Assembly: GCA_037447605.1 (NCBI GenBank)
Contig: CM074807.1
Span: 1,364,001 to 1,428,000 of the forward strand
Origin: Zygnema circumcarinatum SAG 698-1b
Taxonomy: Eukaryota > Plantae > Zygnematophyceae
Reading direction: 5' to 3'
Length of the DNA: 64,000 nucleotides
How positions within the stretch are numbered: the stretch's first letter is position 1; each line of letters opens with the position of its first letter. Position numbers and translations under genes: made by a program. Positions 1-12,411 of the stretch are shown piece by piece. Below the pieces are notes generated by a model. The model was not told the DNA's origin and ran no database searches. It saw only the letters and a program-made list of their open reading frames with translations.

Positions 1-1574
1 CCATTTCTAATTCATACACTTTTTCAAACTTAAGCCCGCATTCTTTGTCGGCCCGTAACTTTTCGATTTCAATTTGATAGCCTCCTCATCCACCTCGACT
101 CCCGTAGATACTCCCCCATTTCCGAATGTACGCGGAAGCTTCTCCAGACGGCCGCCGACTCGCCTCGCGCGGCCCCCCGTCCACGTCATCATGGTCCCCT
201 CCCCTGCCCTTTGTCTCTTCTTCCTTGCGCTTGATGCGCGATGGCTGTTTTCCCGGCGTATGCTTCTGAGATGTATCGCGAATTTACTTGCGTTAAGCGG
301 ATTTGCGTCGATCCGATTAGCCGCGGCGTATGCCTCTTAAAGTGTCCTTGGGATCAGCGGAATCGAGGGCGCCAGCGGAGATTTAGAAGCTGGCGCCAAA
401 TGCGTTGGCGGCCAGCGGAGCGGCACACCATCCGTAGCGCACCGGAGCGCTTACGCCAAGATACGCCCGATTATCATTAAGTTGACTATCGAAGGCTCCA
501 TTAGTGGTCGGGCCTCTCGATTAGGCCGATTATTATCGAGAAGGCTATCCTTCACTTAGGCTAAAGATCATTGTCGATGTTAAGTAGATGGGATGTCGAT
601 GATCTTTGTTTGTCTTTTAGTCTTTGGGCTTGATACTTTGTATTTCTTTGTGTGGTTTGTTGTCTTGTTTTGCTTTCTTCTTTTCCTGGCCTACACTCTT
701 GATTCTGGTGTGAGATCTTGTAGTAAAGAGAGAGAGAGAAGGGATTCCGTGCCATAGATAGAGAGAGAGAGAAAGACTCTTCTTCGGCATTAGCATTTAG
801 GCGTCCCCATTAGGCCGGCTAGACAAAGATTTGATTGAGAAAACGATTACGTTATATAATGGCATTCCCGACCAACCGGCGGTACGGGGTGAGTTCAAAG
901 ATCTGACCTTTATCTAAGTTGAGCAACTTTGTTTTTCCCTTCTTTGTCACTATGCCAAAATTTGCCATCTTGTCCTAATCTCTGCCTTAAGCTTATCCCA
1001 ATGACGATGATAGCGAAACTGGTACAAGAGACTAGCCAGGAAGACGGGGAAGGAAAACCCCAAGGGAGATAGCCGGCATCGAATCGGCCGCGTTGGGAAC
1101 ATCTTCGGGATCCCCTCTACGTCTTAAAAGCTGCGGCGTACCTCCCCGAATCCCGGATCACGGCTCTATCTTTGCCGAGCGGACCCACAGAACCAACCCA
1201 ACCCTTCATTAGTTTCGCCCTTGCGGGCTGGCGGTAAACGTCACGCTGCGACTAGCTCGGCTGGCCAGTCTGTTTAGCCCCACTTATCTTTCATCTTTAC
1301 GGGCTTTACTAAAACTCACCTAATCTCGCTCGTCTTGCCGAAGTAAGGCATCGCTCTTCTCCCGTCTTAGCGACCCGGATGTATGGCGTCGTCTGATGCT
1401 AAATGATACGGTATGATATGATGCGATGCGATACGTGCGGTCCAACATGAACTCTAACATAATGCGCCCGTCTACATTAAGTACTTACTTGAACATATAT
1501 ATGTCACAAATTAATATTTTCGCCTCATATTGGCGGAACCGGGGTGATATAGGGAACCCCACTACTTTGTGGTG

Positions 1575-3160
1575 CTAGGAAAATGATGTTTGATTGAACT
1601 CACGATGGCAAGGCCATCAAATGTACATGGAGAAAATCGACATAAGGAACCAAAAGAAGCGGTCACAATGGACATAAGGACCAAGTGAAAGCCTTGGAAA
1701 CGGAAATGAACTTCTAGCGCCAACAACCGGCACTAGAAGCGGCGGAGTCGCCAATGTGTGGGGCGTCGTGCGGGAAGAGGCGAGGAAGACCACCGGGGTG
1801 GCGGAGTCCCAACAGATAGCGACACGTCGAAGGATGATGGAAACAAGACACGGTATGTAAGGCGGCAGGCTCGTTAATGCGATAAAAAGTTATGAATCGG
1901 GGAGGCTTCGGGGGTGCATCTGAAGAGGCGATGAGCACTAAGCGAAGGAAGACTTCAACCCGAGCATCAAAGGCTGACCAAAAATTTGAGCCGCCAATGG
2001 AACAAACTCATCGGCCGAGTCGGCGGTGAGCATGCAGCGCTCGCTACGAAGGAGCGGCGACGGCCCTCGTGGTGTCGCGACGCGGGATAACAAAACACGG
2101 CAGTCGGATCCGGTATCTGAGCGTCCCCAAAAAATAAATGCAGCGCCCGTCCAAGAGCAAGAACAGGTCGGGCGCACATTGGCTCGCCCGTTGAAGTCGG
2201 TCAAGGTGGTATAACATGGGTCGGCTCGCGCTGCACAAGGTAACCCGCCTCCTGAGCCACGGCGGCAATAGCATCACGGACAACATTGTGGGCCAAAATG
2301 CGCTCGCCACCGCGTACACACCGAAGAAGATGCACACCTTGGCATCAATCGAGCGACCACAACCACAGCGGGGGAGAACCTGCCGAGGGGGTGGGGGCAG
2401 GCAGTTCTTGTGACAATTTGGCCCGGCTCGGAGAGAGGTGAAGGGTGGAAAAAGTAGGTAACGGCAATAGCCCTGCACGGGACGGCACAAGATCGCCTTG
2501 TCGACACGGCGCAGCTTGCTCGAAGGGAGAGAGCGCAATAAGGGTAGAAAACTCAGCAGCAACAACCTCCTCTGTCACAATAGTCTGGACGCGCGAAACA
2601 GACTCAACAGCCAGGGAAGCAAAAGGGGGAACACGGGCTTGGGCACTAGAAGGGAGCAAACCATGAGCAGCGCGCAAAGCAATCTGGAAGGGAAGATGAC
2701 CATCATCAACATGAGCAACAACAGACTGGAGCAACGGACGATCATCCACAAGGAAACGTGAAGCTAGAACCGGAGCAACAAGCGCCCAACTACCCAAACA
2801 GGCAGGGGATGCAATACGTGTAGTTGGGACAAGCCCCAAACCGCCTGTAGAAATAGGGAGCGAGGCTTGCAAACGAGCAAGCGGGCCTTCCGGCCGGTCA
2901 AAAATACCCGCACCCAAGAGGCGATGACACACAGAAAATAAACGCTCATCAAAAGATCGCAAAGAAGCAAGAAAAGCATTGGTAGGAGGGAGGGTCCGTA
3001 AGAGGTAAGAGGGACGTAAGGCAAAACAACGAGTAAGGAAAAAGCCACCTGAGGATCAGAAAGATGAGGCAACTCATCAACCTGAGACACATCCTCAACC
3101 AAAGCATCCTCCACAAAACGATCAACATATGATGCAGCTCCAAAAGGGCAACCAAGGTGC
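1575..3160 (-). mobile_element. Degenerate, 5'-truncated non-LTR retrotransposon of the RLE-endonuclease type (CRE-like)
   Basis: Broken minus-strand ORFs (2345-2962 and neighbours) give a post-RT thumb motif QASLPISTGGLGL...SPACLGSW. Across frameshifts follow a CxC..HLLRC..GGER..HNVVRD zinc knuckle and an EFVPLAA.FG RLE-like motif. Stops and frameshifts are present. The 3' tail with a stem-loop is at about 1597-1623. Confidence 0.75.
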
Positions 3161-3904
3161 TAGGGATGGATTAGTTACGATTATATATTATATATTATAT
3201 TATACAACTGTGACGAATAGATAACGGCTGATATATATTAATTTACAACGCCTTTACAACATGTACGGTCGTACGGTCGTAAGACTGTACGGTATTATGC
3301 GGCCCGAGCACGAGCAGACACAGAAAACCAGACGAACGCATTTCGCAACGCCAACGCCAAAACGACCTAATTTTGGTATGGTACGACCATACGACCGTAC
3401 TCGTACGGTCATACGGTCATACGGTTGTTAATTGTTCAAAACGAGTGGGTATAATATATGTAATAAAGTGTTTTACTTTGTAATATATTACTAATTTTAA
3501 ACCCGTTGTAAATTATATAATATATTCGGAATTTATAACGCGGGTAGCACCAATTTGGTGCTACTGTACATCGTATCCATATTCTAGAAATGCAGTGGTC
3601 AATACGATACGATATTGCATTATGCGATACGATCAATCGATATTTCGATACGTTTGTGTGCATGTGAGAAATTGTATTTATCAAATGATAACGAAATGAC
3701 AGTTTTAGTTTTTTTTTTTTTTTTTTTCTGGAAAGCTTCAAAACTTTCAGAGGAAGAGGAGAGAGAAAGGGCGAGGGATATGGTATTTCTGAAGAGGATC
3801 TGAAGTCGGCGGAGGAGAGGAAGAAATATGGTGCAGTTTTTTTTCTCTCAATGATTGGGAGCGTGATGGGAGGCTGAAGAGGAGAGGAGAGGGCAGGGGA
3901 AGCC

Positions 3905-6900
3905 ATGGCTACAAGCTTTGTGCGAGCTGGGAAGGGAGGGCCTCGGGCTCTCCCCCCTGGCACTCGTCCAGGACTCCATGGAACCGTGCTCACATCGTCG
4001 GGCTTGTCAGATCTGGACAATATCCTCCTTTGCATCTTGTACAGTGAACCTTTTAGAATAATGCTCAAACCCTAAAACTGAGCAGGTTGCATTACTTGTA
4101 CGAGCCACTTCGTTCCATAGTCTCGATAGCAAGTGAAGAAAAGCCTAAGGATTCCTTGCAGAACCCCTGACGCATGGACCCTCTTTTTTCTGTTTATCCA
4201 CGCTGCAGCGCAGTTTGTCTATCCACAAGCCTTCATTAAGTATCGTCTTGAAATGAGATGCAGTTCTCTGGTGTACATTTCCAATTCTAAAATGCATACT
4301 ATCAGAACCATCTGTGTGCAATCTCTTGAAGTAGTGGAAGGTGTACTACGTCCTGGTTAGATTGCTCTGAACGAGCCTTTCTCACTGTAAAGGTGGTTAC
4401 ACGCCTTGACTTTACAAACAGATTTTGGGAGGCGGTCTGCCCCTTGGTACCATGCTTGTCGTGTTGGAAGACTCCTTTGCTCCACACCACCTTGTTCTTC
4501 TCCGTTATTTTTTGGCTCAAGGAGCTGCACATCGTCAGGCGCTTTTCTTTTCAAGTCCGGTGCCTTCCCCTCGCTCATTTCTTGCAACTTTACCAGGCCT
4601 TATGACTGGTGGGGAGGGACCGATTCCAGGAGGGGAAGAGAGGGGAGGAAAGTCTTGGAGAGCTTCTCCTTCAGAACCGCAGGTATTAGCGGGAAAACCA
4701 AAAGCTTGCAGTCTTATCAAGTCTTTCCTAATGTTCAACTTGGGTTCGAGGCTTTGTTCCGAACTTTGCGCTTCTGGAAAGCGAGTAGTTTCGCACACGC
4801 TATCTTTACGGGGTTATCATAACTCCACGATTCCCTGTTTTGGATGTACTGTATATGACAGGAGAAGGCTGATGGGCTTCGCATAGCATGGCAATACCGC
4901 CGCTTTATTTCTGAGCAAGATGCACTTGAAGCTCGTCGGCAGAGGCAGACTTCAGCTCGTCCTGTCACAGTGGACCCTTCCTCTACCTCTGAATCGACAA
5001 AGTCTGTAGCAGACTCCTCGCTACGACTCCCACACACTCAAGCTCAAGCTGCGTCTTCTGCTCCTTCCCGCCAGTCTTCTTTTTCTCCTTCAACACCTCA
5101 CGTCCCATTCAACCAGCTCTCAATGGAGGATTCACATCCAGCGGCTACCCTCAGATCCTCCACTTCCATCTCGTCAGCCGTTGCTCAGCCTTCTGGAGGC
5201 ATTTCAGGTCTCAGCTCCCCCTGATTGCTCCAGTTACTGCCTGCAAGATAGCAACAGGGTAACAGGGACATGGGATAGGGACATGTTGCATGTCGCATGG
5301 AAACCTGAGTTTTGCTTCCATTAACACTTCCTTTTAGTTTTTCCTTCTCGACTTTATGTTAACAACTTGTTAATTTGAATTCAGTCGGAGCCTTTTTCCA
5401 GGAAATGATTTTTGCTTTTCATTCGACCTGAGGAAGCCTATCGATAGGCCGACACTCGCTGCCTTACAGGCTGACTGTGTCCATATGGGAGCTGCGGAGG
5501 GGTTTTCTACACTGCATTCACGCTGCTCTCGCTTCCTTTCAGACTTCACTCGCATGCGGTACGGCTTCCGAATGGGGCGTTGTGAAGGAGGTGAGAGCAT
5601 GCAGATTTTGGCTAGCATCGGTTGAAATGTAGTTTTGGCGAGGAGTGGAAAAAGCTCATTTGTTGTTTGCTTGGTAGAACTTGAGAATTGAAACAACGAA
5701 AATGAGTCGGAGATGCCACGCAGAAATGGAGAATTGGGAAGAAGTTGCGATGAAGTTGGGTGACGCGTAGGCATGATCTACTTCTGAATTTTCCTCGATT
5801 TATTGGGAAAGGGGAGCAGAAGGCAGGGGGATACTGTAAGTAAGGTTGGACGAGTCGCCATTCAGTCCCTGGGGGCACCACAGAGCAACCCTTCTTCTCC
5901 TAGCTCTGTAAGTAGTTCCTCATTTTCGAATGTGAGCAGATTAAGCAAGAAGTCAGTCGATCATTGAGGACTATTAGCTTGGGCTCCTTTGCGGAAAAAA
6001 TGATTGAACCAGAATAGCAAGGAGGAAGTAATCACATTGATATGTGGGGATAGCTTTGCAGGTTCTTATACTTTCCTTTTCATGGTTCCAATGCAGGTCT
6101 GGGCAATGTTGGCATGGCTCCATGGACTCAGAAGAGAGCTCCAAGCGTCACAAGCCGTTGCAATGGTCACATTTCCAGCTGCGTTATACTCCCCATCAAT
6201 CGCTATGAGGGTACAACATGTGGCAGATATTGTCATCTCTGTGGAAGCTTTGCATGGTAAGCTCATTGGTCAGAACAAATATTCTTGTCTCAACGAAAGC
6301 CGTTTTTACAATGCTGAGTAGATAGGGGCGAAAGTCTTATTTGGACCATAGAAAGTATGATGTTGCCACTTTGTTTTCTAAATGTTTATCAGAGAAAAAT
6401 CAGTTCATCGATAGCATTTGGCTATCTGAAACATCAGTTCAAGCTTTGCTTCAAGTTTCTGTTTGCAGAGGACGATAAGGAGATGGCCAAACTGATTGCA
6501 GACTTCCCGGATGCACTTGGCGTGCTGCGCGTTCAAAAGCTGCCATGCGTCAATACTCTGGTGCGTCACCCTCTCCTTCTCTTCCTCCTCTCCTTTCCCT
6601 TCGATGATGCCTGCAGTCAGTCCTTTCCATTTGTTGCATGGGGAGCTTGAAGAGCGTGACATCGTGTAGCTAAGAAGAATGCTGAGTCAATGCTCTGGTG
6701 TGCCTCAAACTATCAAGCATTCAGCAAGTGCAAAGGCCCCATACAACATGTGGGTTGTTAGGGTGACCTGTTGCCCTGCGTGGACTCCCTCTATTTCAGG
6801 AGTTGGTGTCCTTTATATTATGTTTTTGTAATGGCTTACTGAAGCGTAGTAGCATGCTGCACTGCTGCCAGGTGCCCGCCGTGTTGGAGAGCTGTGCGTT

Positions 6901-7057
6901 CGTTATGAAGGTGGTGAGGAGAAGGAGGATTGTGTTCGAAAGGATGCATCCGCTGCCGGTGGAGGGAGGAGTTCCGGGAGGGGGCGGGAAGGCGCACTCC
7001 ACTTCAGCCCTGCTGTGCGGCGGCCCTTCAAACGCCTCTTCAGCCCTTGATTTCTGA
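3905..7057 (+). CDS. ELP4: Elongator complex protein 4 (about 8 exons)
   Basis: Spliced translation MATSFVR...SSGLSDLD|KILGGGLPLGTMLVVLED; LRYFLAQG; GLRIAWQY (exon from about 4862); FCFSFDLRKP; VGRIAIQSLGAP; VAMVTFP; FVMKVVRRRRIVFERMHPLP; C-terminal LCGG...ALDF-stop. Confidence 0.92.
4020..4419 (+). other. U12-type AT-AC intron (ELP4 intron 1)
   Basis: Donor ATATCCTCC at 4020, branch site CCTTGAC at 4404-4410, acceptor AC at 4418-4419. Removal restores the frame D-L-D-K-I-L-G-G-G. No GT donor is available at this junction. Confidence 0.9.
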
Positions 7058-8063
7058 TGTCTCCCCCCTTTAAAACAACGCAAATTTTTGGCACCGACCG
7101 AATTCCGCAGAAAGCTGTGAAGGTTGGTTAGGGACATACTTTCTTTTTTAACATGTGCCATGTGGAAAATCAACAGTTTTTGTCATGTCATTGCAAGGAC
7201 GAAGTTGAAGTAAAGGGTTTCGCCTATTTCAAAGTCAAGTGGCAACAGGGAACAGGGATGACATGGCCTCAGATGGTCGGACAAATGGTGAAGTGGCAGC
7301 TGCTACGGAAGGCTCGCCTGGTCCAAGGGGAGAAAGACAGAGGGGAGGAACCACATATTGAGATTGAGCAGATCCAGATGTAGACGCCCGGGATGACGAG
7401 CAGTCGAATGATGTAGGTGTAATTTCGCATTGCCTAAAAAGGTCCGGTCCAGACAGCCATCCTTGAATTTGATCAGATCTCCTGTCACCTCCCAGGCCTT
7501 CTACCAAACACCTATCCCGAATTGCAGTGTTCATTTCAGGAATGTCGGAGTTCGCAACTAACTGCTTTTGACCGGCCCTTTTACTGATACTAATTCCAAC
7601 TTCATTTCGAGGTTTGGGGATCGCCATTGGCCTGCTACTTGGAGTCACAGACTTGTTGCTTACCGAGTCACGACCTGCACTTTTAAAGGAACTCTCCATC
7701 CGCCCTTCAGTCTGTTCTTCTTCTCTCTCCAATATGGAAGTGCCTCCCACAATCCACATCTTCGATTGGTTGTCTTTCTCCGGTACCTTTGTGACCCCCC
7801 TGCCGTCGTTTCCATGCTTGTTGAGCTCACTGCTGAGTTTGCTGCTTCCTGCAATGCAGGCATCCTAAGTCGACAGGCCAGTTTTTCAGAATTGCAACAG
7901 ATTCTTAAATTCAAAAAAGTAAAACAAACAAACCACCCTAAAACATCCCACTCTTAAAGACTGATGAAGACATTTAACCCCAACCCCATACAGCACTTCC
8001 TGAGAATGGCATTCCTGATGCCCAGTACAATCACTCCTGGATGTAGTGCTGCCTTTTCTTGGT

Positions 8064-8325
8064 AATGGTCCCAACCGTTGCAATGGTTGCCAACCATTGG
8101 ACTCATGCATTGGTTGCGTCCAATGGTTGGGAGCCATTGGCGTCGAACGAAATCAACCATTGGCAATGGTCGCAATCGTTGGAACCAATGGTTGCCGACG
8201 ATTCCAAGGGTTGCAAAGCATTGGGCGGCCAACCATTGGCATGTCCAATGGTGAAATGTGTCATGTCATGTGAGATTGCGGATGTGCATGTCCCTCCATG
8301 TGCATGCATGCATGCATGCATGCAC
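8064..8325. repeat. CCAATGG/CCATTGG-rich degenerate array followed by (CATG)n RY-like repeat, upstream of MAEA
   Basis: About 10 CAATGG/CATTGG cores in 8064-8250; tgcatgcatgcatgcatgcatgca at about 8301-8324. Confidence 0.7.
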
Positions 8326-8418
8326 GGGGAGTGGTTGGAGGCTCATCCAGTCATCCTCTCTCTCAGAGCAGGAAGAAGGGCCCATGCTCTGCGTCAGCGT
8401 CGGCTACCGCTAGCGGCC

Positions 8419-11214
8419 ATGGATACGCAGAGCAATGGAGCCATGGCGGAGGGCTTGCCAGGACCTGCGGCAGCCTCCAAGTCTCCGGAGGCGCTGCCGG
8501 AAGCAGCGCGAATGGAGCAGCAGCTACTCCGCGTTCCCCTGGAGCATCTCAAGAAGTGCATTCGCTCGTCTTCTCGGCTCGCAGAGAAAGACGTGGGAGC
8601 GGTGCTTGCAGGGGTCTCTGATGCCGTGCAGAAAGGTATCTCTCGGGAGGATGCGGTTGAACAGCTGGACCGGCTCATGGTGCGACTGCAGGGTCTTAAG
8701 CGCAAGGTCAGTGAATTGGTCCCTGCAGCAGGTTGTCATTTTAGTCATTTTAGTATTTTTTTTCTATTTTCAATTGGAGATCATTTCTACGCAGAGCAAA
8801 GTTTGTCCTCTTTGCCATGCTATTCGCTTGTTATCAACTTGGCGGGACCACTGCTATTAACCTTTAGCTCCTAGCTCTTACCCTTTACCTCTAGCTTTAG
8901 CAGTTTCACAATTTTTTTGTTCAAACGTTGATTATGGCCGCTGAGCGTGAATGTGAATTCACTGACACTTAACTTAGGCTGCTCGTCTGCGCTATGGTCT
9001 TAATTTTAGTCGTTCGTTTTCCAGCTGCTTGACGCTTGTGATTTGTTGTCTCACAATTTGGTTTGGAAGCGTGTCCAAAAACCTTTCAGCTTAGAAGCAA
9101 CCTTAAGTCCTTTCAAGCGTGTTTAGGGACTCACGGTATGTCTGTCTATTGCTTGTTCAGAATCGACAGTCTCAGTGTTGCTGTTCTTGCTCATGCTGGA
9201 ATGGGGGCGGTGAGGTTGAGTAGTCATGTGAGCATTTTAGCATTTTAGCATTTTAGCATTTTAGCATTTTAGCATTTTAGCATTTTAGCATTTTAGCATT
9301 TGTCATGCTCTGCTCGCATGGTGCGCAGCAGATGCTCTGAGCCTGTTTGGTTGCATGTGCGGCTGCAGCTAGACGAGTCCAACAAGGCGGAGCAGGAGCA
9401 GGCTCAGCGTTGTCGGACACGAGTGGAACACTTGGGATTGATGGATGATGGATTAAAGGAAAATGCTCAAAAATGGAACAAGATGCGGGTGGATCGGCTG
9501 CTGATTGACTACATGCTGCGTTCATCGTATTATGAGTCTGCTATGAAACTTGCCGAGCAAACTGAGCTGGAGGTAAGGAAGGATTGTCTTTCGCACGAGT
9601 TGATCACCCTGCGATTATCGAATACATCACGTGAAGTAAGTTGGCAATGGCCGGGGTATAGAAATAGCAAGACATTAATTGTGACGAGCATTTTGTCTTG
9701 CCATCGTTTCACTTCTCTAATGAAGGGAAACACGAAATAAACTAGCCTAACGGAATGTTTGACTTCGAATTCATGCCGAAGTCAATACACAAATGGCACA
9801 ATGTTGACAGATGCTGAGAAAGTGGAGAGGTTGGAGGGTTCCTGGGTGACAGGAGCTTGTCGATATTGACATATTCTTGGAAGCACGAAAAGTCATTCAA
9901 GCACTTAGACAGAAGGACTGCTCTGAAGCGTTAACCTGGTGTGCAGCGAACAAAGCGAGGCTGAAAAAGGACAAGGTACGGTTAACCATCCAAGGCATTG
10001 CACCCTGGTTGAGTCTACATCGGTGAATTCGGCAGTTTAGTTTTGTTAAACCCATCTCTAATTGAAATTCTTTGTGTGCCTTCAAAAGCAGAGCACACTG
10101 GAGTTAAAGCTGCGTGTGCAAGAGTTCATTGAACTCGTCCGCGTTGAAAGAACGGTTGACGCCATTTTCTACGCACGCAAACATCTTGCGCCTTGGGGCA
10201 CAACAAACATGAAGGAGCTGCAGCAGGCTATGGCTACGTTGGCCTTCAAAAATACAACTGAATGCCCTCCTTACAAGGTGACGTGAAGCTTCTGTCTGCT
10301 CTGCGTCTCTGTGTTTTATATTCTCCCTATTAAGCTTTTCGTGGTTGTGTGGCAAATGCGAATTTGAGGTGGGACACTTTTTTTGGGCGCACAGGCTTTG
10401 TTCGATGATAGCCAATGGGGGAGCTTGGTGCGACAATTTGAAGAGGAATTTGTGCAGCTTTATGGCATGACCACACAGAGCCTGCTTCATATTCATCTTC
10501 AAGCAGGCCTGACGGCTTTGAAGACTATGTATCCTCCTTGTGACGTTTTGTTTTTGGGGAAATGGATCTTTCCGCGATCTTTCTGATGCATTTTCCATAT
10601 CGTGCATGATTTCATGAACTTACCCGCTTTATTCTCACCAGAACAGTAGGGGAGAACGAGTCTACACGAAATCTTGCTTGATCTGAGGCCGTGGCATCCC
10701 TGTTCCCTGTTGCCACTTGGGTAGGAGCTTAGGTGTGTGAAAGTGTGGAAGACAGTCCTTGACTTGCTGCTGTGCAGTTTCAGTTACGAAGAAGGCTGTA
10801 CAAAAGAGGATCCACTTTCGCAGGATGCCTTTCGCAAGCTTGCAGAGCCACTGCCCTTTGCGAAGCATATCAGCTCTAAACTTGTGTGTCGCATCACCAA
10901 GGAGCGCATGGACGACCATAACCCGCCCTTGGTTCTGCCAAACGGATATGTGTACAGTAGGAAGGTCTGTTGCTACGGACCCTTCTCTCGCTTGCAGGCA
11001 TCCTCTGACGGTGAAACGATACAATTGTCTTTATCTCTCTCAATTGTTGAATGGTATGGTTTTTGCATGGAGCATTCGGGTATTGAGCTGGAATTTGGGT
11101 GTTCTTTCGCAGGCGATGGAAGAGATGGCAAAGAAAAACCATGGAAAGGTACACTGCCCTCGCTCGGGTGCAACCTTCAATTTCGATCAACTGGTGAAGG
11201 CGTACGTCTTTTAG
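8419..11214 (+). CDS. MAEA: CTLH/GID E3 ligase subunit MAEA (Gid9/FYV10), 7 exons
   Basis: MEQQLLRVPLEHLKK; LisH RVDRLLIDYMLRSSYYESAMKLA; CTLH ELVDIDIFLEARKVIQAL..EALTWC; LELKLRVQEFIELVR; CRA LLHIHLQAGLTALKT; KEDPLSQDAFRKLAEPLPFAKHISSKLVC..NPPLVLPNGYVYS; CPRSG..LVKAYVF-stop. Confidence 0.95.
9231..9301. repeat. Perfect (AGCATTTT)n tandem repeat in MAEA intron 1
   Basis: 8 full units plus a partial unit. Confidence 0.95.
10529..10777 (+). other. U12-type GT-AG intron in MAEA
   Basis: Donor GTATCCTCC at 10529, branch site TCCTTGAC at 10756-10763 about 14 nt before the AG, no polypyrimidine tract. Splicing yields ALKT-I-F-S-Y-EEGCTKEDP. Confidence 0.88.
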
Positions 11215-12411
11215 GCAGAGGAGCAGTCTGTAGATCCAATGTCACAGTATGATTCCCCTCTGCTCCCTTTGCTGTAGACAGAGGTAACTGTACAAAGTGA
11301 CCATGATCGCTTCGTTGTACATATGAATAATCATCGGCGATTTTTTCCGGCAATCTGGATATTGTAACCAGCGAGTCACCTTCCATAGGCGGTGTCATGT
11401 GTATGAACTCCCTGTTGCCCTATGTAGAAGGATTCAAAATGTCAAATTGATGTCAAGTACTCTCTGTCATCAACGATCTGAAGGCAACTTTTGGCCATAT
11501 TTATAACGACGTGGACTTGTTCCAAGAATCGTTTTCATATAAAGGAAGCAAGCAAAATCTATGTTAACAACAGAGGGCTCCTTTTGGACTCGTTCCTCGT
11601 CTGTTCTCGCACTCAGAAGGCAGCAGAAAATGTGGCTAATGTTGCGTAACTGACGAAAAAAAATCTCCTTACCATGCTTATTGGACATGACAAGGCTACC
11701 GGTTTCAGAAGGCACATATCATTTTTCAGGGAACAAAGCATTCAAAGAATTTGTCAAGTTTCCAGTTATCCAAAGCACAGGAGTTTTTGTGAAATGACAG
11801 AGGCACATCAACAGAATTTGGTCCTTTATTTACAAGAAATAGACACAACTTCCTCAATGACAGGAGCGCATTTGAGACTGACAGTGGAAGAACCACCACC
11901 TACCGGGAATCTGTCTATACAACTGAAGGATCTAATCCTCTCAAGCATGGAGTAGTGAGTGCTACCTGCTCTGTACAAAGATAGAAAAGCAACTAAAAGG
12001 CAATACTTCGACGGTTGAAAAATACAATGCGGAAAGGAAGCGGTCTGTTACTCATTAGACAGTTATTTCAGCACGACTTGCCGAAGCTATGAACCATCTT
12101 TATATGAGTTACTTCTAGAGAGAGTGCCTAGCCAATAAAGCCAAGCTGCTGTACTCGAAACTTTGCTCTAGCTGAAATGATTGAATCACCAATAGGCAAG
12201 TTTGCACCTGGTCAAGTTTTTCCTGGCGGCTGGGCATATCAGTTGTTTGCAAAGACTCGCTCGATATTGAAGGGGAGTCCTGGATTGGATAACACACAAC
12301 AGGCTCGTAGGGCACCAAATATTCTTGCCAACCTCGCCTGCAGTTCTTGGAAGGCCTTGTTGAAGACCAAAAAAGACAAGGCCATCACCCTTCCACATTT
12401 TGCATTAGGGT

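Noticed and set aside
1-1400. Possible LTR-retrotransposon 5' region (gag-like broken frames on the minus strand)
   Set aside because: No recognisable domain, primer-binding site or second LTR within the window, so it cannot be supported.
7235-7957. ORFs of 174 aa (-) and 129 aa (+) between ELP4 and MAEA
   Set aside because: No motifs or convincing exon structure; treated as intergenic or UTR.
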